A stretch of 64,000 nucleotides of DNA from Deltaproteobacteria bacterium (GCA_027028245.1 JALVJO010000050.1:22368-86367); one strand, 5' to 3'; positions 8,958 to 21,967 are shown, counted from the first letter of the stretch. Translations and numbers: made by a program. Notes: generated by a model from the sequence alone, not told the origin.

Positions 8958-10913
8958 CTACATGTTCAAAACCGCCTTGACGATTGAATCGCTGTCCAGC
9001 CCCTGCATCCTGTAGAGATCTGCAGGTTTCCCCGATGCCCCGTAGGCAGTGACACCGAGATTTACAACCTTCTGGCTAATCCTGTTTTTCATAAGGACCC
9101 TGGCAGTGATGGCTGCAATGCCGGTCTGAACTACATGGTCTTCAACCGTAAGAATCGGGCCGTTTTCAGCCGCAGTGCAGATGGCCTCCTGGTCAACAGG
9201 CTTGATGGATGCGGTATTGAGCACAGAAACATTCATGCCCTGCTGCCTGAGTTTTTCGCATGCCTCCATTACATAGGGTATTACTGAACCATAGGCAATA
9301 ATGGTGCATGCACCCTTCTTGCCTTTCCTGAGCCAGTCGGCCCTTCCTGGCACGAATTTGTATTCAGGGCCGAAAAATGGTTTACCCTCTTCATCCAGCA
9401 CCACGGGCATCTTAGAACGCCCCATACCCACAAAAACATTTCCCTTGGCAGATGCAACATACCTGATAACCCTGTCGGTCTGGTTCGGGTCAGCAGGGAT
9501 GAAGATGGAAAACCCGAAGATGTTTTCCATAAGCCCGATATAGTCGATACACTGATGGGTCGGGCCGTCTTCTCCCACATCCAGGCCTACATGGGTGGCC
9601 ACCACCTTGAGATTTGTATGGTTCTGGTCACTGAGCCTGTGCTGATTATAGGTTTCGCAGGCAGCAAAAACGCCGAATGTGCTGAAAAAAGAAACAAGGC
9701 CGTCCCTGGTCATGGCTGCGGCACATACAGCACCATGGTGTTCCTGTATACCTGCTTCGAAGAAGGCTTGCGGTGAAACCTGGTGAAAACCATTCATCTT
9801 TACCGAGCCTTCAAGGTCACAGCTAAAGCCCACGATACGGGGCTTGGCAACCCCCAGGTTGTTCTTTTTTGCCAGGGATTTCAATGCATTGCCATAGGCT
9901 GAACGGCAGTCAGTTACCTGGTCTGGCTCGTAAACAATGGGCTCTCCCGGATCTATTTCAATGTCCGGCATCTTCCTGTAGGGATGATCAGCAGGGCCTA
10001 CATCACGGGTACTGCGTCTTTCCTCCCATTGGTCCAGGAGCCCTGGATCAAGGCCGATCTCCTCCAGCGCATCCCTTGCCATGTCAGGCGGAAGGGGGGA
10101 ACCATGGTATTTTTCCTTGTTCTCCATGAAGGAAACACCCCTTCCCATGACGGTGCGGTTTACTAAAACTACCGGCCGGTCCGGCACCAGATTTTCGCCA
10201 AGAAGAGCGCGCCTCAGGCCCTGGTAGAACTGCTGGAAATCATTGCCGTCTGGAACGTAAACCACGTTCCAGCCGGCTGATTGGTACTCATCCCTGACCC
10301 TCACAGGCATGACCTCCTCGGTGCCGCCTCCGATCTGGAGATGATTCCTGTCAACTATGCAGAATAGATTGTCAAGGCCGTACTTGACTGCAAATCGACG
10401 GGCTTCTGCCACTTGGCCCTTCTGCTGTTCTCCGTCTCCCATCACACAGAAAGTACGTACATCGGAGCGGCCCAGGAGTCGGGCTGACAGGCTGAACCCG
10501 TCGGCTGCAGAAAGGCCCTGGCCCAGGTTTCCAGTATTCCACTCCACACCCGGCACGCCTTGTTCAATGTGGCCGCCGAAGGCAGAACCTGCCCTCCTGA
10601 ATTCAGTGATGAAATCTTCCTCTGGGAAATAACCATACTCACTAAGGACCGCGTAGACAGCAGGAGAAATATGGCCAATGCTCACAATCATCCTGTCCCG
10701 CTCCTGCCAATCCGGGTCTTGGGGATTGTGCCGCATGACAGCGTAGAGCACCAGCAGGGCTTGGAGGCATGAGAGGGAGCCTCCCGGATGACCGCTTTTA
10801 GCTAAGGTCGTGGAAAGGATGATGCGTCCGGCACATCTTTTCCACATGTCACCAAGTATTTTAAGTTGTTCGGAACTCAGACTTGTTTCTTTTTCAAGAT
10901 CGATACGAAGCAT
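8958..10913 (-). CDS. tkt: transketolase
   Basis: 651 aa. N-terminal ..SGHPGGSLS.., TPP motif ..GDGEQQKGQ..., plus pyrimidine-binding and C-terminal domains in a single chain. Confidence 0.9.
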   Translation of the reverse strand: MLRIDLEKETSLSSEQLKILGDMWKRCAGRIILSTTLAKSGHPGGSLSCLQALLVLYAVMRHNPQDPDWQERDRMIVSIGHISPAVYAVLSEYGYFPEEDFITEFRRAGSAFGGHIEQGVPGVEWNTGNLGQGLSAADGFSLSARLLGRSDVRTFCVMGDGEQQKGQVAEARRFAVKYGLDNLFCIVDRNHLQIGGGTEEVMPVRVRDEYQSAGWNVVYVPDGNDFQQFYQGLRRALLGENLVPDRPVVLVNRTVMGRGVSFMENKEKYHGSPLPPDMARDALEEIGLDPGLLDQWEERRSTRDVGPADHPYRKMPDIEIDPGEPIVYEPDQVTDCRSAYGNALKSLAKKNNLGVAKPRIVGFSCDLEGSVKMNGFHQVSPQAFFEAGIQEHHGAVCAAAMTRDGLVSFFSTFGVFAACETYNQHRLSDQNHTNLKVVATHVGLDVGEDGPTHQCIDYIGLMENIFGFSIFIPADPNQTDRVIRYVASAKGNVFVGMGRSKMPVVLDEEGKPFFGPEYKFVPGRADWLRKGKKGACTIIAYGSVIPYVMEACEKLRQQGMNVSVLNTASIKPVDQEAICTAAENGPILTVEDHVVQTGIAAITARVLMKNRISQKVVNLGVTAYGASGKPADLYRMQGLDSDSIVKAVLNM

Positions 10914-11032
10914 CTCTCATCCCAAGGGTGGTTGCAGCATGGATCTGTTTTAAACAATTTGTTGTGTCTCATGTGATTCCATGCAGGGTTAAAAATTCAG
11001 CAACAATACAATTTTTTGAATAAACGCTGTCT

Positions 11033-11572
11033 TTACTGAGATTTGTCAAAGGTCTTTATTACCTGGTCGGTAATATCGGCATCAGGAGCCGTGTAATAGA
11101 TACCAGGCATATTCTTTTCCATGATAACCACATAACCCTTATCCTTACCTATCCTGTTGACCACCTTCTCAAGTTTTTTCAGGATGGGCTCCATCCTCTT
11201 TGACTCAGCCTGGCGCATCTCATACTGGGCATCATCACTCTTATCCTTGAACTCCCGGAGCATCTTTTTGTACTGGCGCTCCTTTTCCGCCCTGGCTTCC
11301 TCATTCATCAAAGGCGCCTTCTTTTCCATCTCCTGCTTGAAGGCCTTTAATTCCTTCTGCTTGGCCTGGAGCTGTTTTTTAAGTCTGTCAAACTTCTTGT
11401 TGAGTTCTGCCATGGCCTTCTTGCCTGCCTTGGAATTTCTAAGCACCTTCTGCATATTGACCACGGCTATCTTCTGGCCCTGGGCATAGACCGAAGACTG
11501 CGCCATGAAAACAGCCATGAAAAAAATGGTGCACAACGCACACGACAAGGACCTTGCAATAATCAATTTCAT
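11033..11572 (-). CDS. skp: periplasmic chaperone Skp/OmpH family
   Basis: Signal peptide (MKLIIARSLSCALCTIFFMAVFMAQSSVYA), then K/E/Q-rich coiled coil ..KQKELKAFKQEMEKKAPLMNEEARAEKERQYKKML... Start moved from 11626 to the ATG at 11572. Confidence 0.75.
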   Translation of the reverse strand: MKLIIARSLSCALCTIFFMAVFMAQSSVYAQGQKIAVVNMQKVLRNSKAGKKAMAELNKKFDRLKKQLQAKQKELKAFKQEMEKKAPLMNEEARAEKERQYKKMLREFKDKSDDAQYEMRQAESKRMEPILKKLEKVVNRIGKDKGYVVIMEKNMPGIYYTAPDADITDQVIKTFDKSQ

Positions 11573-11719
11573 TCTGTTTAAACCTCCGAAAAAAGGTGCA
11601 CAGCCTGAATATAATCGGCTGTGCACTGTCTATTTATGGATTCTTGAGAGAAAACCGGCAGATATGTCTTGCAGGGCTTCTGAAGAAAATCCTCTTGTTT
11701 TTGACCGGGCAGAAGACTC

Positions 11720-12295
11720 CTAACGGTAAATTATGAAATCATCTCTGCGGTTCTTTGCCCATGCCGATTCATTATGCCCCGGGTCCAGGGGACGTTCCTC
11801 GCCGAGACTAACAATGGAAATCCTGTCAGGGCTTACACCCATCATAACCAGATAATCCTTTGCAGCCTTGGCCCTTTTTTCTCCAAGGGCAAGGTTGTAT
11901 TCATTTGTGCCCCTTTCATCGCAATTTCCCTGTATCTCTATCTTTATGTCAGGATGATCCAGCATGACCTGTGCATTTTTTTCCATGCGGTCTCTCATAT
12001 CCGGCCTGATACTGTAACGGTCGAAATCGAAATAAACCGGCAGAAAAGGTGCGCTTGTCCGGCCCTCGCTGACAGCATTATCCGCTCCGGGCTCGCGGAT
12101 ACCCTCGCTGCCTATGACGCCTTCCTGTATTTCACTCCCCTCGCCTGCTTGTGCCTGGCCCTTTTCCACCTGCTCCAAAGGTACCCCGATACCTTCTCCA
12201 GGGGTTGTACCCGTTTTGCTGCTGCAGGAACAAAGAAAAGACACAAGAATCAAGGACATAAGGCCAATACCAAAAACTTTCATAACATTCGTCAT
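11720..12295 (-). CDS. pal: peptidoglycan-associated lipoprotein / OmpA-family protein
   Basis: Lipobox ..LVSFLCSC... C-terminal OmpA_C domain ..VYFDFDRYSIRPD..NCDERGTNEYNLALGEKRAKAAKDYL.. Confidence 0.8.
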   Translation of the reverse strand: MTNVMKVFGIGLMSLILVSFLCSCSSKTGTTPGEGIGVPLEQVEKGQAQAGEGSEIQEGVIGSEGIREPGADNAVSEGRTSAPFLPVYFDFDRYSIRPDMRDRMEKNAQVMLDHPDIKIEIQGNCDERGTNEYNLALGEKRAKAAKDYLVMMGVSPDRISIVSLGEERPLDPGHNESAWAKNRRDDFIIYR

Positions 12296-12553
12296 GTTCT
12301 TCCCCTCAATTTTTTAAAAAACATACCGAAACCCCATAATTACAGCTGTGCACAATTTAGCAGAGAAGAGTCAAAATTCAACTTGATTTTTACCGCCTCA
12401 TTAATGTTTAGCCTCCAAATACTACTTGTAAAAAGTGGCAATTTTTTACATTTTTGCAATTTAATTTTCCAGATTTTTCAAAATTGTAAAATACCGAAAT
12501 AACCCTGCAAAGCTTTCCCTTTTTAAATCAGGAGCTTAAGTAAGAAGCTACAT

Positions 12554-12569
12554 TGGCAGACTACTTGCA
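12554..12569 (+). promoter_or_regulatory. sigma-54 (RpoN) -24/-12 promoter upstream of amt-amt-glnK-glnD-glnA
   Basis: TGGCAG-actac-TTGCA. GG is at 12555-56 and GC at 12567-68, the canonical 12-nt register. GGAGG RBS at 12592-96 and ATG at 12604. Confidence 0.55.
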
Positions 12570-12603
12570 TTTCTTCGAAAGATTATTTTTCGGAGGTACG
12601 ATT

Positions 12604-13833
12604 ATGCAGACAATCTCATCTGGTGACACAGCGTTTATTCTGGCCTCGGCAGGTCTGGTTCTGCTCATGACTCCAGCCCTGGGCCTTTTTTATGGGGGCA
12701 TGGTAAGAAACAAGAATGTTCTGGCCACCATCATGCAGAGCTTTATAATGATAGCCCTTATCAGTTTTGAATGGGTTTTTATAGGCTATTCCATGTCATT
12801 TGGCCCAGATGTGGGAGGTTTCATCGGGGATCTTTCCTGGTTTGGTCTAAGGGGTGTCGGCGCCGCACCAAGCAATACCTACGCCACCACTATCCCCCAT
12901 ATGGTTTTCATGATTTACCAGTGCATGTTTGCAATAATCACCCCTGCACTCATAACTGGAGCATTTGCCGAAAGGATGAAATTCGGCCCCTTCGTGGTCT
13001 TCAGCATACTTTGGGCTGTTTTGGTTTATAACCCTGTCTGTCACTGGATATGGGGCAGCGGCGGCTGGCTGGGCCAGAGGGGAGTGCTCGATTTTGCAGG
13101 GGGCCTTGTTGTTCATCTTACCTCGGGCGCAGCAGCCCTTGCTGCAGCACTCGTGGTAGGCCCAAGAAAGGGTTTCAAGAAGGAAAGTTTTCTGCCCCAC
13201 AACCTTCCCATGACCCTTCTGGGCACCGGGCTTCTCTGGTTCGGCTGGTTCGGTTTCAACGGCGGAAGCGCCCTGGCTGCAAACGGTGTTGCAGCAACTG
13301 CATTTGTTGCCACGCACCTTGCAGGCATGGCCGGGATGGCCTCATGGTGCTGCATGGAAAAGATAAGACAGGGAAACGCCACCACCCTCGGTGCAGCATC
13401 CGGAGCCATAGCAGGCCTTGCAACAGTGACTCCGGCCGCAGGGTTTGTCGGTCCCATTTCGGCCATAATTATCGGCCTTCTGGCAGGCATATTGTGCTAC
13501 ACGGCTGTTTCCATGAAAAACAGGCTCGGCTATGACGACAGCCTGGACGTGGTAGGCATTCACGGCCTTGGCGGACTCTTGGGCACCCTGTGTCTGGGCA
13601 TCTTTGCATCCAAGCTCGTAAACCCTGACGGTGCCGACGGCCTTCTGGCCGGCAACCCAACCTTTTTCGCCACAGAGGCATTTGGCGTGTTCATTGTCCT
13701 GACCTATGCCTTTGCCGTAAGTTTTGTGCTCTTGAAGGTGATAAACGCCGTATTCCGTCTCAGGGTTTCCCTGGAAGACGAAGTTCAGGGTCTGGACCTC
13801 AGCCAGCACAGTGAAACAGCATATAACGAATAA
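12604..13833 (+). CDS. amtB: ammonium transporter (Amt family), copy 1
   Basis: ..FYGGMVRNKNVLAT.., ..DFAGGLVVHLTSG.., ..VVGIHGLGGLLGT... Start set to the ATG at 12604 (RBS GGAGG). The TTG at 12553 lies inside the sigma-54 promoter. Confidence 0.9.
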   Translation: MQTISSGDTAFILASAGLVLLMTPALGLFYGGMVRNKNVLATIMQSFIMIALISFEWVFIGYSMSFGPDVGGFIGDLSWFGLRGVGAAPSNTYATTIPHMVFMIYQCMFAIITPALITGAFAERMKFGPFVVFSILWAVLVYNPVCHWIWGSGGWLGQRGVLDFAGGLVVHLTSGAAALAAALVVGPRKGFKKESFLPHNLPMTLLGTGLLWFGWFGFNGGSALAANGVAATAFVATHLAGMAGMASWCCMEKIRQGNATTLGAASGAIAGLATVTPAAGFVGPISAIIIGLLAGILCYTAVSMKNRLGYDDSLDVVGIHGLGGLLGTLCLGIFASKLVNPDGADGLLAGNPTFFATEAFGVFIVLTYAFAVSFVLLKVINAVFRLRVSLEDEVQGLDLSQHSETAYNE

Positions 13834-13869
13834 AACCTAAATACTGCACGGGAAAAGGGAGAAAAATTT

Positions 13870-15087
13870 ATGAATTCCGGTGATACCTCTTTTATGCTGC
13901 TGGCCACGGCCCTTGTCATGTTCATGACGCCTGGACTGGCCCTTTTTTACGGGGGCCTTGTCCGGCAGAAAAACGTTTTGGCCACTATCATGCACAGTAT
14001 CTTCTGTCTGGGCATAATTTCCATAATATGGGTGCTTTATGGCTATTCCCTGGCCTTTGGCCCGGACATAGGAGGTATTGTCGGAAATCTCGACCTGATA
14101 GGCCTGAAAGGGGTGGGCCTTGATCCCGGGCCCTATGCCGATACCATTCCCGGGCTTCTCTTTTGTGCCTTTCAGCTCATGTTTGCCATAATCACGCCTG
14201 CCCTGATATCAGGTGCATATGCAGAAAGGATGAAATTTTCTGCCTTTCTCCTCTTTACAGTTCTCTGGAGTACCTTTGTTTACATGCCGGTTTGTCACTG
14301 GGTTTGGGGCCAGGGAGGCTGGCTTGGAAGGCTCGGGGCCCTGGATTTTGCCGGGGGGACTGTCATACATATCAATTCGGCCTGTGCAGCCTTTGCGGCG
14401 GCTGTTTTCATGGGCAAAAGAAAGGGGTGGGGACAGGAGGCCCTGCATCCCCATAACCTGCCCATGACCATCCTGGGCTCAGGAATTCTATGGATTGGGT
14501 GGTTTGGCTTCAACGCTGGAAGCGCCCTTACTGCAGGCAAGATTGCCACCCTTGCCTTTTTCACCACCCAGATTGCAGCCGGGTGCGCCCTCATGTCATG
14601 GGTTGCTGCAGAGTGGATTATTCAGGGCAAGCCCACAACCCTCGGCGCTGCATCCGGTGCGGTGGCAGGCCTGGTGGCCGTCACGCCGGCTGCGGGTTTC
14701 GTGGGTCCTGTTTCCGCAATAATTATAGGCCTTATTGCAGGAGCCCTCTGCTATTGTGCCATCTTCTTAAAAACCAGGTTCGGCTACGATGACGCCCTGG
14801 ATGTTGTTGCTGTGCACGGGGTCGGAGGCCTGTGGGGTGCGCTTGCAACAGGACTATTTGCTTCTCTGTACTGGAATCCAGATGGTGCTGACGGCCTTTT
14901 CTTTGGTAATCCCAACCAGTTTCTCATACAGGCTGCAGGTGCAGGGGCGTCCATTGCCTATTCTCTTGTGGTCAGTCTTATAATACTGAAAATAGTGGAC
15001 ACGGCAGTAGGACTCAGGGTAAGTGAAGAAGACGAAATCATGGGTCTTGACCTCAGCCAGCACAGCGAGATCGGCTATACTCAATAA
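13870..15087 (+). CDS. amtB: ammonium transporter (Amt family), copy 2
   Basis: Paralog of the preceding gene (..FYGGLVRQKNVLAT.., ..DFAGGTVIHINSA.., ..VVAVHGVGGLWGA..). Confidence 0.9.
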   Translation: MNSGDTSFMLLATALVMFMTPGLALFYGGLVRQKNVLATIMHSIFCLGIISIIWVLYGYSLAFGPDIGGIVGNLDLIGLKGVGLDPGPYADTIPGLLFCAFQLMFAIITPALISGAYAERMKFSAFLLFTVLWSTFVYMPVCHWVWGQGGWLGRLGALDFAGGTVIHINSACAAFAAAVFMGKRKGWGQEALHPHNLPMTILGSGILWIGWFGFNAGSALTAGKIATLAFFTTQIAAGCALMSWVAAEWIIQGKPTTLGAASGAVAGLVAVTPAAGFVGPVSAIIIGLIAGALCYCAIFLKTRFGYDDALDVVAVHGVGGLWGALATGLFASLYWNPDGADGLFFGNPNQFLIQAAGAGASIAYSLVVSLIILKIVDTAVGLRVSEEDEIMGLDLSQHSEIGYTQ

Positions 15088-15096
15088 CGGAGGTGA

Positions 15097-15438
<342 letters not shown>

Positions 15439-15462
15439 TACCTGCGGGGCGTTCTGAAAACA

Positions 15463-18021
15463 TTGCAGTCAGCAACGGCTGAAAAGGAATTAATAAAGTT
15501 TCTCTCACCCAGACAGGCCTTGGCAGCCCTTTGGGACCAGGGTCTCTCGGGCAAGGAACTGCTGACCCACCATTCTTCCCTTGTAGACAGCTTCATCGAA
15601 GACCGACTGACAAAGGCCCTTGGAGAATATCCTCCAGGCATTTCTCTGGTTGCACTTGGCGGATACGGAAGAAGAGAACTTTTTCCCTTTTCTGATATCG
15701 ACCTTCTCCTGCTCTATGAGGATCATGCCCTGAACCTGGTTGAAGAGGTCACAGACGCAGTATTCTATCCCCTCTGGGATGCAGGGCTGGAAGTGGGACA
15801 CTGTGTCCGCACTGTCCAGGCTTGCATGGAAGACATGCAGCAGGACTTTTTCTTCCAGGTGGCCCTGCTGGATGCCAGGCTGATTTGTGGAGACCAAGAA
15901 CTTTTTACAAAATTGTCAGAAAGATTCCGTCAAAGCTTCAACAAGGATACAAGGATAGCCTTTGTGCAGAACATGATGGCCCACCGAACAGAAAGGCACC
16001 GCCGCTGCGGGGACCATACCTACCTACTGGAGCCGAACATAAAGGAAAGCCGTGGCGGGCTCAGGGACCTGCAGGCAATGTTCTGGACAGGCAATGTCCT
16101 TTTCGGCCTTGGCTCCCCCCGGGAATTCCAGGAGGCAGGCCTGTTGACCAAAAGGGAATTTGAGGACCTGGAAAAGGCCAAAAATCATCTGATTATTATA
16201 AGAAACCGGCTTCATTACGTGAGCGGAAGAAAGAATGACAGGCTGTTTTTTGAATACCAGGAGGAAATAGCCAAAAAACTCAGGCTCTACGACTCAAAGG
16301 AAGCACTCGGCGTAGAACGGTTCATGAAAAAGGTTCACCGGGATCTCCAGAAAGTTGCCGTGGCATCCGATCTCTTTTTTGAGCACGTGGAAGACCTGAT
16401 AAAACACGGAAAGACAAAAGGAAAAACAAAGGCACTCGCTCCGGGAATAGAGCTCCTAAACGGAAAGATCCTTCTCAGGGATGAGGAGCTTCTCTTAGAT
16501 AAGCCGTACCTGATCTTCAAGGCATTTGCCATTTCCGCATCTGAAAATATCCCTCTCCACTACCGTTCGAGAAAACTCATAGCCGCCCTGGAGGAAAGGC
16601 TTCCTGAAAAACTCAGGACCTCAAAGAGGTGCCTGAAATACTTTTTGAAAGTCCTGAGAAATTCGAACCAGCCGGCTCCACTCCTGCAGATGCTCGATAC
16701 AGGGCTCCTCAGCTTTTACATACCGGAACTTGACCACCTCAGGGCACTGGCCCTCCATGATGTCTACCATGTGAATACCGTGGACCGGCACATGGTGGAG
16801 ACTGTGGTAAGGCTCAATCACCTAAGGGAGAAAGATTCGGAGCTCTTTGAATCAATCCGGGATGAAGAAGTCCTCCTGCTGGCTGCCTTCCTGCATGACA
16901 TCGGCAAGGGTCTCGGCGGCAGGCATGCGGAAAAGGGCGCCGATTTGGCCGCCTCCATTGCCAGGCGCTTTTCCTTCAGCCCGGAGAGACGGGAAACCCT
17001 TTGTTTCCTAATTGCCAATCACTTGTATCTCATAGATAATGCCACACGACGCGACCTGGAAGATGAGACACTCCTTTTAAAATTTGCCCGCCACATAAAA
17101 GACCTGGACAGGCTCAACATGCTCTACCTGATAACTGCGGCTGATTCCATGGCAACCGGCCCCAATGTATGGACCGAGTGGAGGCAGGCCCTGGTGCTGG
17201 AGATCTATCACAAGACAGCCCATCTTCTGGAGCAGCATGATCTTATCGACCCGGACAGGATCGCAGCAGTTGAATGGATGCGCCAGAAGGTTTCTTCTCT
17301 GCTGGAAGAACATCAGCACGGACTTCTCGATATGCTTCCTGAAGATTATCTTCTGAGCTTTACTCCTGAAGCAGTAGTCAAACACCTCCAGTTGAGGCAG
17401 AAACTGCCAAGGGAAAAGGTTTTGTTAATCCCCGAAGACAGGGGAGATTACTGGTCCATACTCCTTATGACAAAGGACCGCACCGGTCTTCTCTCCAAGA
17501 TATGCGGCCTATTCGCCCTCCACAATCTTGCAATACTCCAGGCACAGATATTCACATTGAAAGACGGCACAGTGATCGATGTGCTGGACGCTGGCTGCGA
17601 TGTGAAGAAAGACTTTCATGAAATTGACTGGAGCAGGATCGAAAGAGACCTTCAAATGACCCTCCAGAATAGGCTCAGCCTTTCTCATCGGCTGGCATCA
17701 AAATTTTCAAAGATATCCTGGCACAGCCACAGGGTATCCATAAAACCCCGGGCCAAGGTGGTCATTGACAACGAGCAGTCGGATTTTTACACCATCATAG
17801 AAATCTACTCGCAGGACTCACCCTGCCTGCTCTACAGCGTAACCAAAACACTGGCCGAATTCGGCATCAACATATACAAGGCAAAGATAGGCAGCAGTGC
17901 CGACCAGGTTGTAGATGTATTTTATGTACTGGACGATCTGGGTGAAAAGATTGAAGGCAGGGAATTCAAAGAGGAGGTAAAAAATGCCCTGCTGTATTCG
18001 GCAGAAAGCTGCCTGATTTAA
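15463..18021 (+). CDS. glnD: [protein-PII] uridylyltransferase/uridylyl-removing enzyme
   Basis: Nucleotidyltransferase ..ALGGYGRRELFPFSDIDLLLL.., HD domain ..AAFLHDIGKG.., and two C-terminal ACT-like domains. TTG start as given in the ORF track. Confidence 0.85.
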   Translation: MQSATAEKELIKFLSPRQALAALWDQGLSGKELLTHHSSLVDSFIEDRLTKALGEYPPGISLVALGGYGRRELFPFSDIDLLLLYEDHALNLVEEVTDAVFYPLWDAGLEVGHCVRTVQACMEDMQQDFFFQVALLDARLICGDQELFTKLSERFRQSFNKDTRIAFVQNMMAHRTERHRRCGDHTYLLEPNIKESRGGLRDLQAMFWTGNVLFGLGSPREFQEAGLLTKREFEDLEKAKNHLIIIRNRLHYVSGRKNDRLFFEYQEEIAKKLRLYDSKEALGVERFMKKVHRDLQKVAVASDLFFEHVEDLIKHGKTKGKTKALAPGIELLNGKILLRDEELLLDKPYLIFKAFAISASENIPLHYRSRKLIAALEERLPEKLRTSKRCLKYFLKVLRNSNQPAPLLQMLDTGLLSFYIPELDHLRALALHDVYHVNTVDRHMVETVVRLNHLREKDSELFESIRDEEVLLLAAFLHDIGKGLGGRHAEKGADLAASIARRFSFSPERRETLCFLIANHLYLIDNATRRDLEDETLLLKFARHIKDLDRLNMLYLITAADSMATGPNVWTEWRQALVLEIYHKTAHLLEQHDLIDPDRIAAVEWMRQKVSSLLEEHQHGLLDMLPEDYLLSFTPEAVVKHLQLRQKLPREKVLLIPEDRGDYWSILLMTKDRTGLLSKICGLFALHNLAILQAQIFTLKDGTVIDVLDAGCDVKKDFHEIDWSRIERDLQMTLQNRLSLSHRLASKFSKISWHSHRVSIKPRAKVVIDNEQSDFYTIIEIYSQDSPCLLYSVTKTLAEFGINIYKAKIGSSADQVVDVFYVLDDLGEKIEGREFKEEVKNALLYSAESCLI

Positions 18022-18095
18022 AAAATATGTCTTTTATCCTTTTATATGATAAAAAGGATTCCAACACAATTTTATGCTAAAGGAGGAATTTTTTC

Positions 18096-19508
18096 ATGAC
18101 CCCGAAAGAAGTTTTAGACCTGATCAAGGAAAAAGACATCAAGGTAGTTGACCTGAGATTCCTGGATTTTCCCGGAGTCTGGCAGCACTTTACCGTGCCC
18201 TCAACCGAGCTGAACGAAGGCTCCTTTGAAGACGGATTCGGCTTTGACGGCTCGAGTATCCGGGGGTGGCAGCCAATCCACGCCAGTGACATGCTGGTTG
18301 TTCCAGATGCGTCTACGGCGCAGATGGACCCGTTCTTCGAAGAGCCTACCCTGGTACTCATCGGCGACATAGTTGACCCTGTCACCAGGGAAGCCTACAG
18401 CAGGGATCCAAGAAACATCGCCAAGAAGGCCGAAGCCTACCTGAAGAGCACGGGATACGGCGACACCGCTTTTTTTGGTCCGGAGGCGGAATTTTTCATC
18501 TTCGATGACATCCGCTTTGACAATGCCTCAAACGGCTGCTTCTACGAAGTAGACTCCATCGAAGGCATCTGGAATAGCGGAAGGGATGAATGTCCGAACC
18601 TTGGCTACAAGCCCCGCCACAAGGAAGGTTATTTTCCTGTTCCGCCCACTGACAAGCTCCAGGATATCCGCACAGAGATGCTTCTCACCCTGGAGGCCCT
18701 GGGAATTGAGACAGAATGCCAGCATCACGAGGTTGCAACAGCCGGACAGGCAGAAATAGATATGCGTTTCAAGCCCCTTCTTCAGATGGGCGACCAGCTC
18801 ATGTGGTTCAAGTACGTCCTGAAAAATATTGCCGTGCGCCACGGGATGACCCTGACCTTCATGCCCAAGCCCCTTTATGGCGACAACGGCACAGGCATGC
18901 ACACCCACATCAGTATCTGGAAGGACAATCAGCCCATGTTTGCAGGAGATAAGCACGGGGGCATGTCGGAAATGGCCATGTATGCCATAGGCGGCATACT
19001 TAAACACTGCCGGGCGCTCTGTGCATTTACCAACCCGTCCACTAACTCTTACAAGAGACTTGTTCCAGGTTTTGAAGCACCTGTAAACCTTGCCTACTCC
19101 ACCAGGAACAGAAGTGCTGCCATCAGGCTGCCCATGTACTCCGCCTCACCCAAGGCAAAGAGGATCGAATTCCGCACTCCTGACCCGTCATGCAACGGCT
19201 ACCTGGCATTCTCAGCCATGCTCATGGCAGTCCTGGACGGCATAGACAACAAGATTGACCCGGGCGAACCCCTGAACAAGAACATCTATGACCTGCCTCC
19301 GGAAGAGCTGGCAAATATTCCCTCAGCACCAGGCTCCCTTGCTGAGGCCCTGGATGCACTTAGAGAAGACTACGAATTCCTGTTAAAGGGAAATGTATTC
19401 ACCCAGGACGTTATCGATATGTGGCTGGATTACAAGACGGAAAATGAGGTCAATGCAGTCAAACTGCGGCCCCATCCCTATGAGTTCTATCTCTACTATG
19501 ATATTTAA
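18096..19508 (+). CDS. glnA: glutamine synthetase, type I
   Basis: 470 aa; ..[12 protein letters not shown].., ..[27 protein letters not shown]... RBS AAAGGAGG upstream. Confidence 0.95.
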   Translation: MTPKEVLDLIKEKDIKVVDLRFLDFPGVWQHFTVPSTELNEGSFEDGFGFDGSSIRGWQPIHASDMLVVPDASTAQMDPFFEEPTLVLIGDIVDPVTREAYSRDPRNIAKKAEAYLKSTGYGDTAFFGPEAEFFIFDDIRFDNASNGCFYEVDSIEGIWNSGRDECPNLGYKPRHKEGYFPVPPTDKLQDIRTEMLLTLEALGIETECQHHEVATAGQAEIDMRFKPLLQMGDQLMWFKYVLKNIAVRHGMTLTFMPKPLYGDNGTGMHTHISIWKDNQPMFAGDKHGGMSEMAMYAIGGILKHCRALCAFTNPSTNSYKRLVPGFEAPVNLAYSTRNRSAAIRLPMYSASPKAKRIEFRTPDPSCNGYLAFSAMLMAVLDGIDNKIDPGEPLNKNIYDLPPEELANIPSAPGSLAEALDALREDYEFLLKGNVFTQDVIDMWLDYKTENEVNAVKLRPHPYEFYLYYDI

Positions 19509-19538
19509 TCAGCCCGTTTAAGGCAGACTGAAATTGAA

Positions 19539-19568
19539 GGGGGAGCTGTATCTCAGCTCCCCTTTTTC
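19539..19568. terminator. hairpin between convergent glnA and proB (bidirectional terminator candidate)
   Basis: ggggagctg-..-cagctcccc followed by ttttt on the plus strand. Lies between two convergent stops. Confidence 0.55.
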
Positions 19569-19589
19569 ATCTGATCCAAAAACCCGGTG

Positions 19590-21766
<2,177 letters not shown>

Positions 21767-21794
21767 TCAAAATCCGCAAATTTTGTAACTTCTC

Positions 21795-21926
21795 AATAAG
21801 TCCGTGCGAATTCTCATGTATCTGCTTACAGGGTGCTGCAGATACAAGGCGGAGGACGCGCTAAAGGAACAGCGCGTACTTCAAGCCTCTGATCCCGCGA
21901 GATGCGGTACCCTGTGAGCAGATACC
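21795..21926. repeat. copy A of a ~131-nt hairpin-forming intergenic repeat (candidate structured RNA)
   Basis: Hand alignment to 26215-26345 gives 16 substitutions plus 1 indel. The arms 21819-21840 and 21903-21924 pair over ~22 bp. Confidence 0.6.
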
Positions 21927-21967
21927 AAATTTTTCATAAAAGATAAGCATGGACGGTTAACAAGACA

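Noticed and set aside
12437-12457. TGGCA..TTGCA pair (tggcaattttttacatttttgca) that looks like a sigma-54 promoter.
   Set aside because: The GG-to-GC register is 19 nt instead of 12. The correctly spaced element at 12554-12569 is the better candidate.
18036-18059. AT-rich hairpin (atcctttt..aaaaggat) between glnD and glnA, considered as a terminator or attenuator.
   Set aside because: The stem is short and all-weak, and no clear U-tract follows. This is insufficient to call.
21801-21926. The repeat contains GTGCG near its 5' end, reminiscent of a group II intron 5' boundary.
   Set aside because: Copy B reads GTGCA at this position. The element is only ~131 nt, it has no domain V/VI-like sequence, and there is no reverse-transcriptase ORF nearby.
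21795-21926. MITE interpretation of the repeat (terminal inverted repeats).
   Set aside because: Not fully excluded. However, the conserved ~24-nt tail lies on one side only, I saw no flanking direct repeats, and the stem differences preserve pairing as G-U. These fit a structured RNA better than a symmetric transposon remnant.
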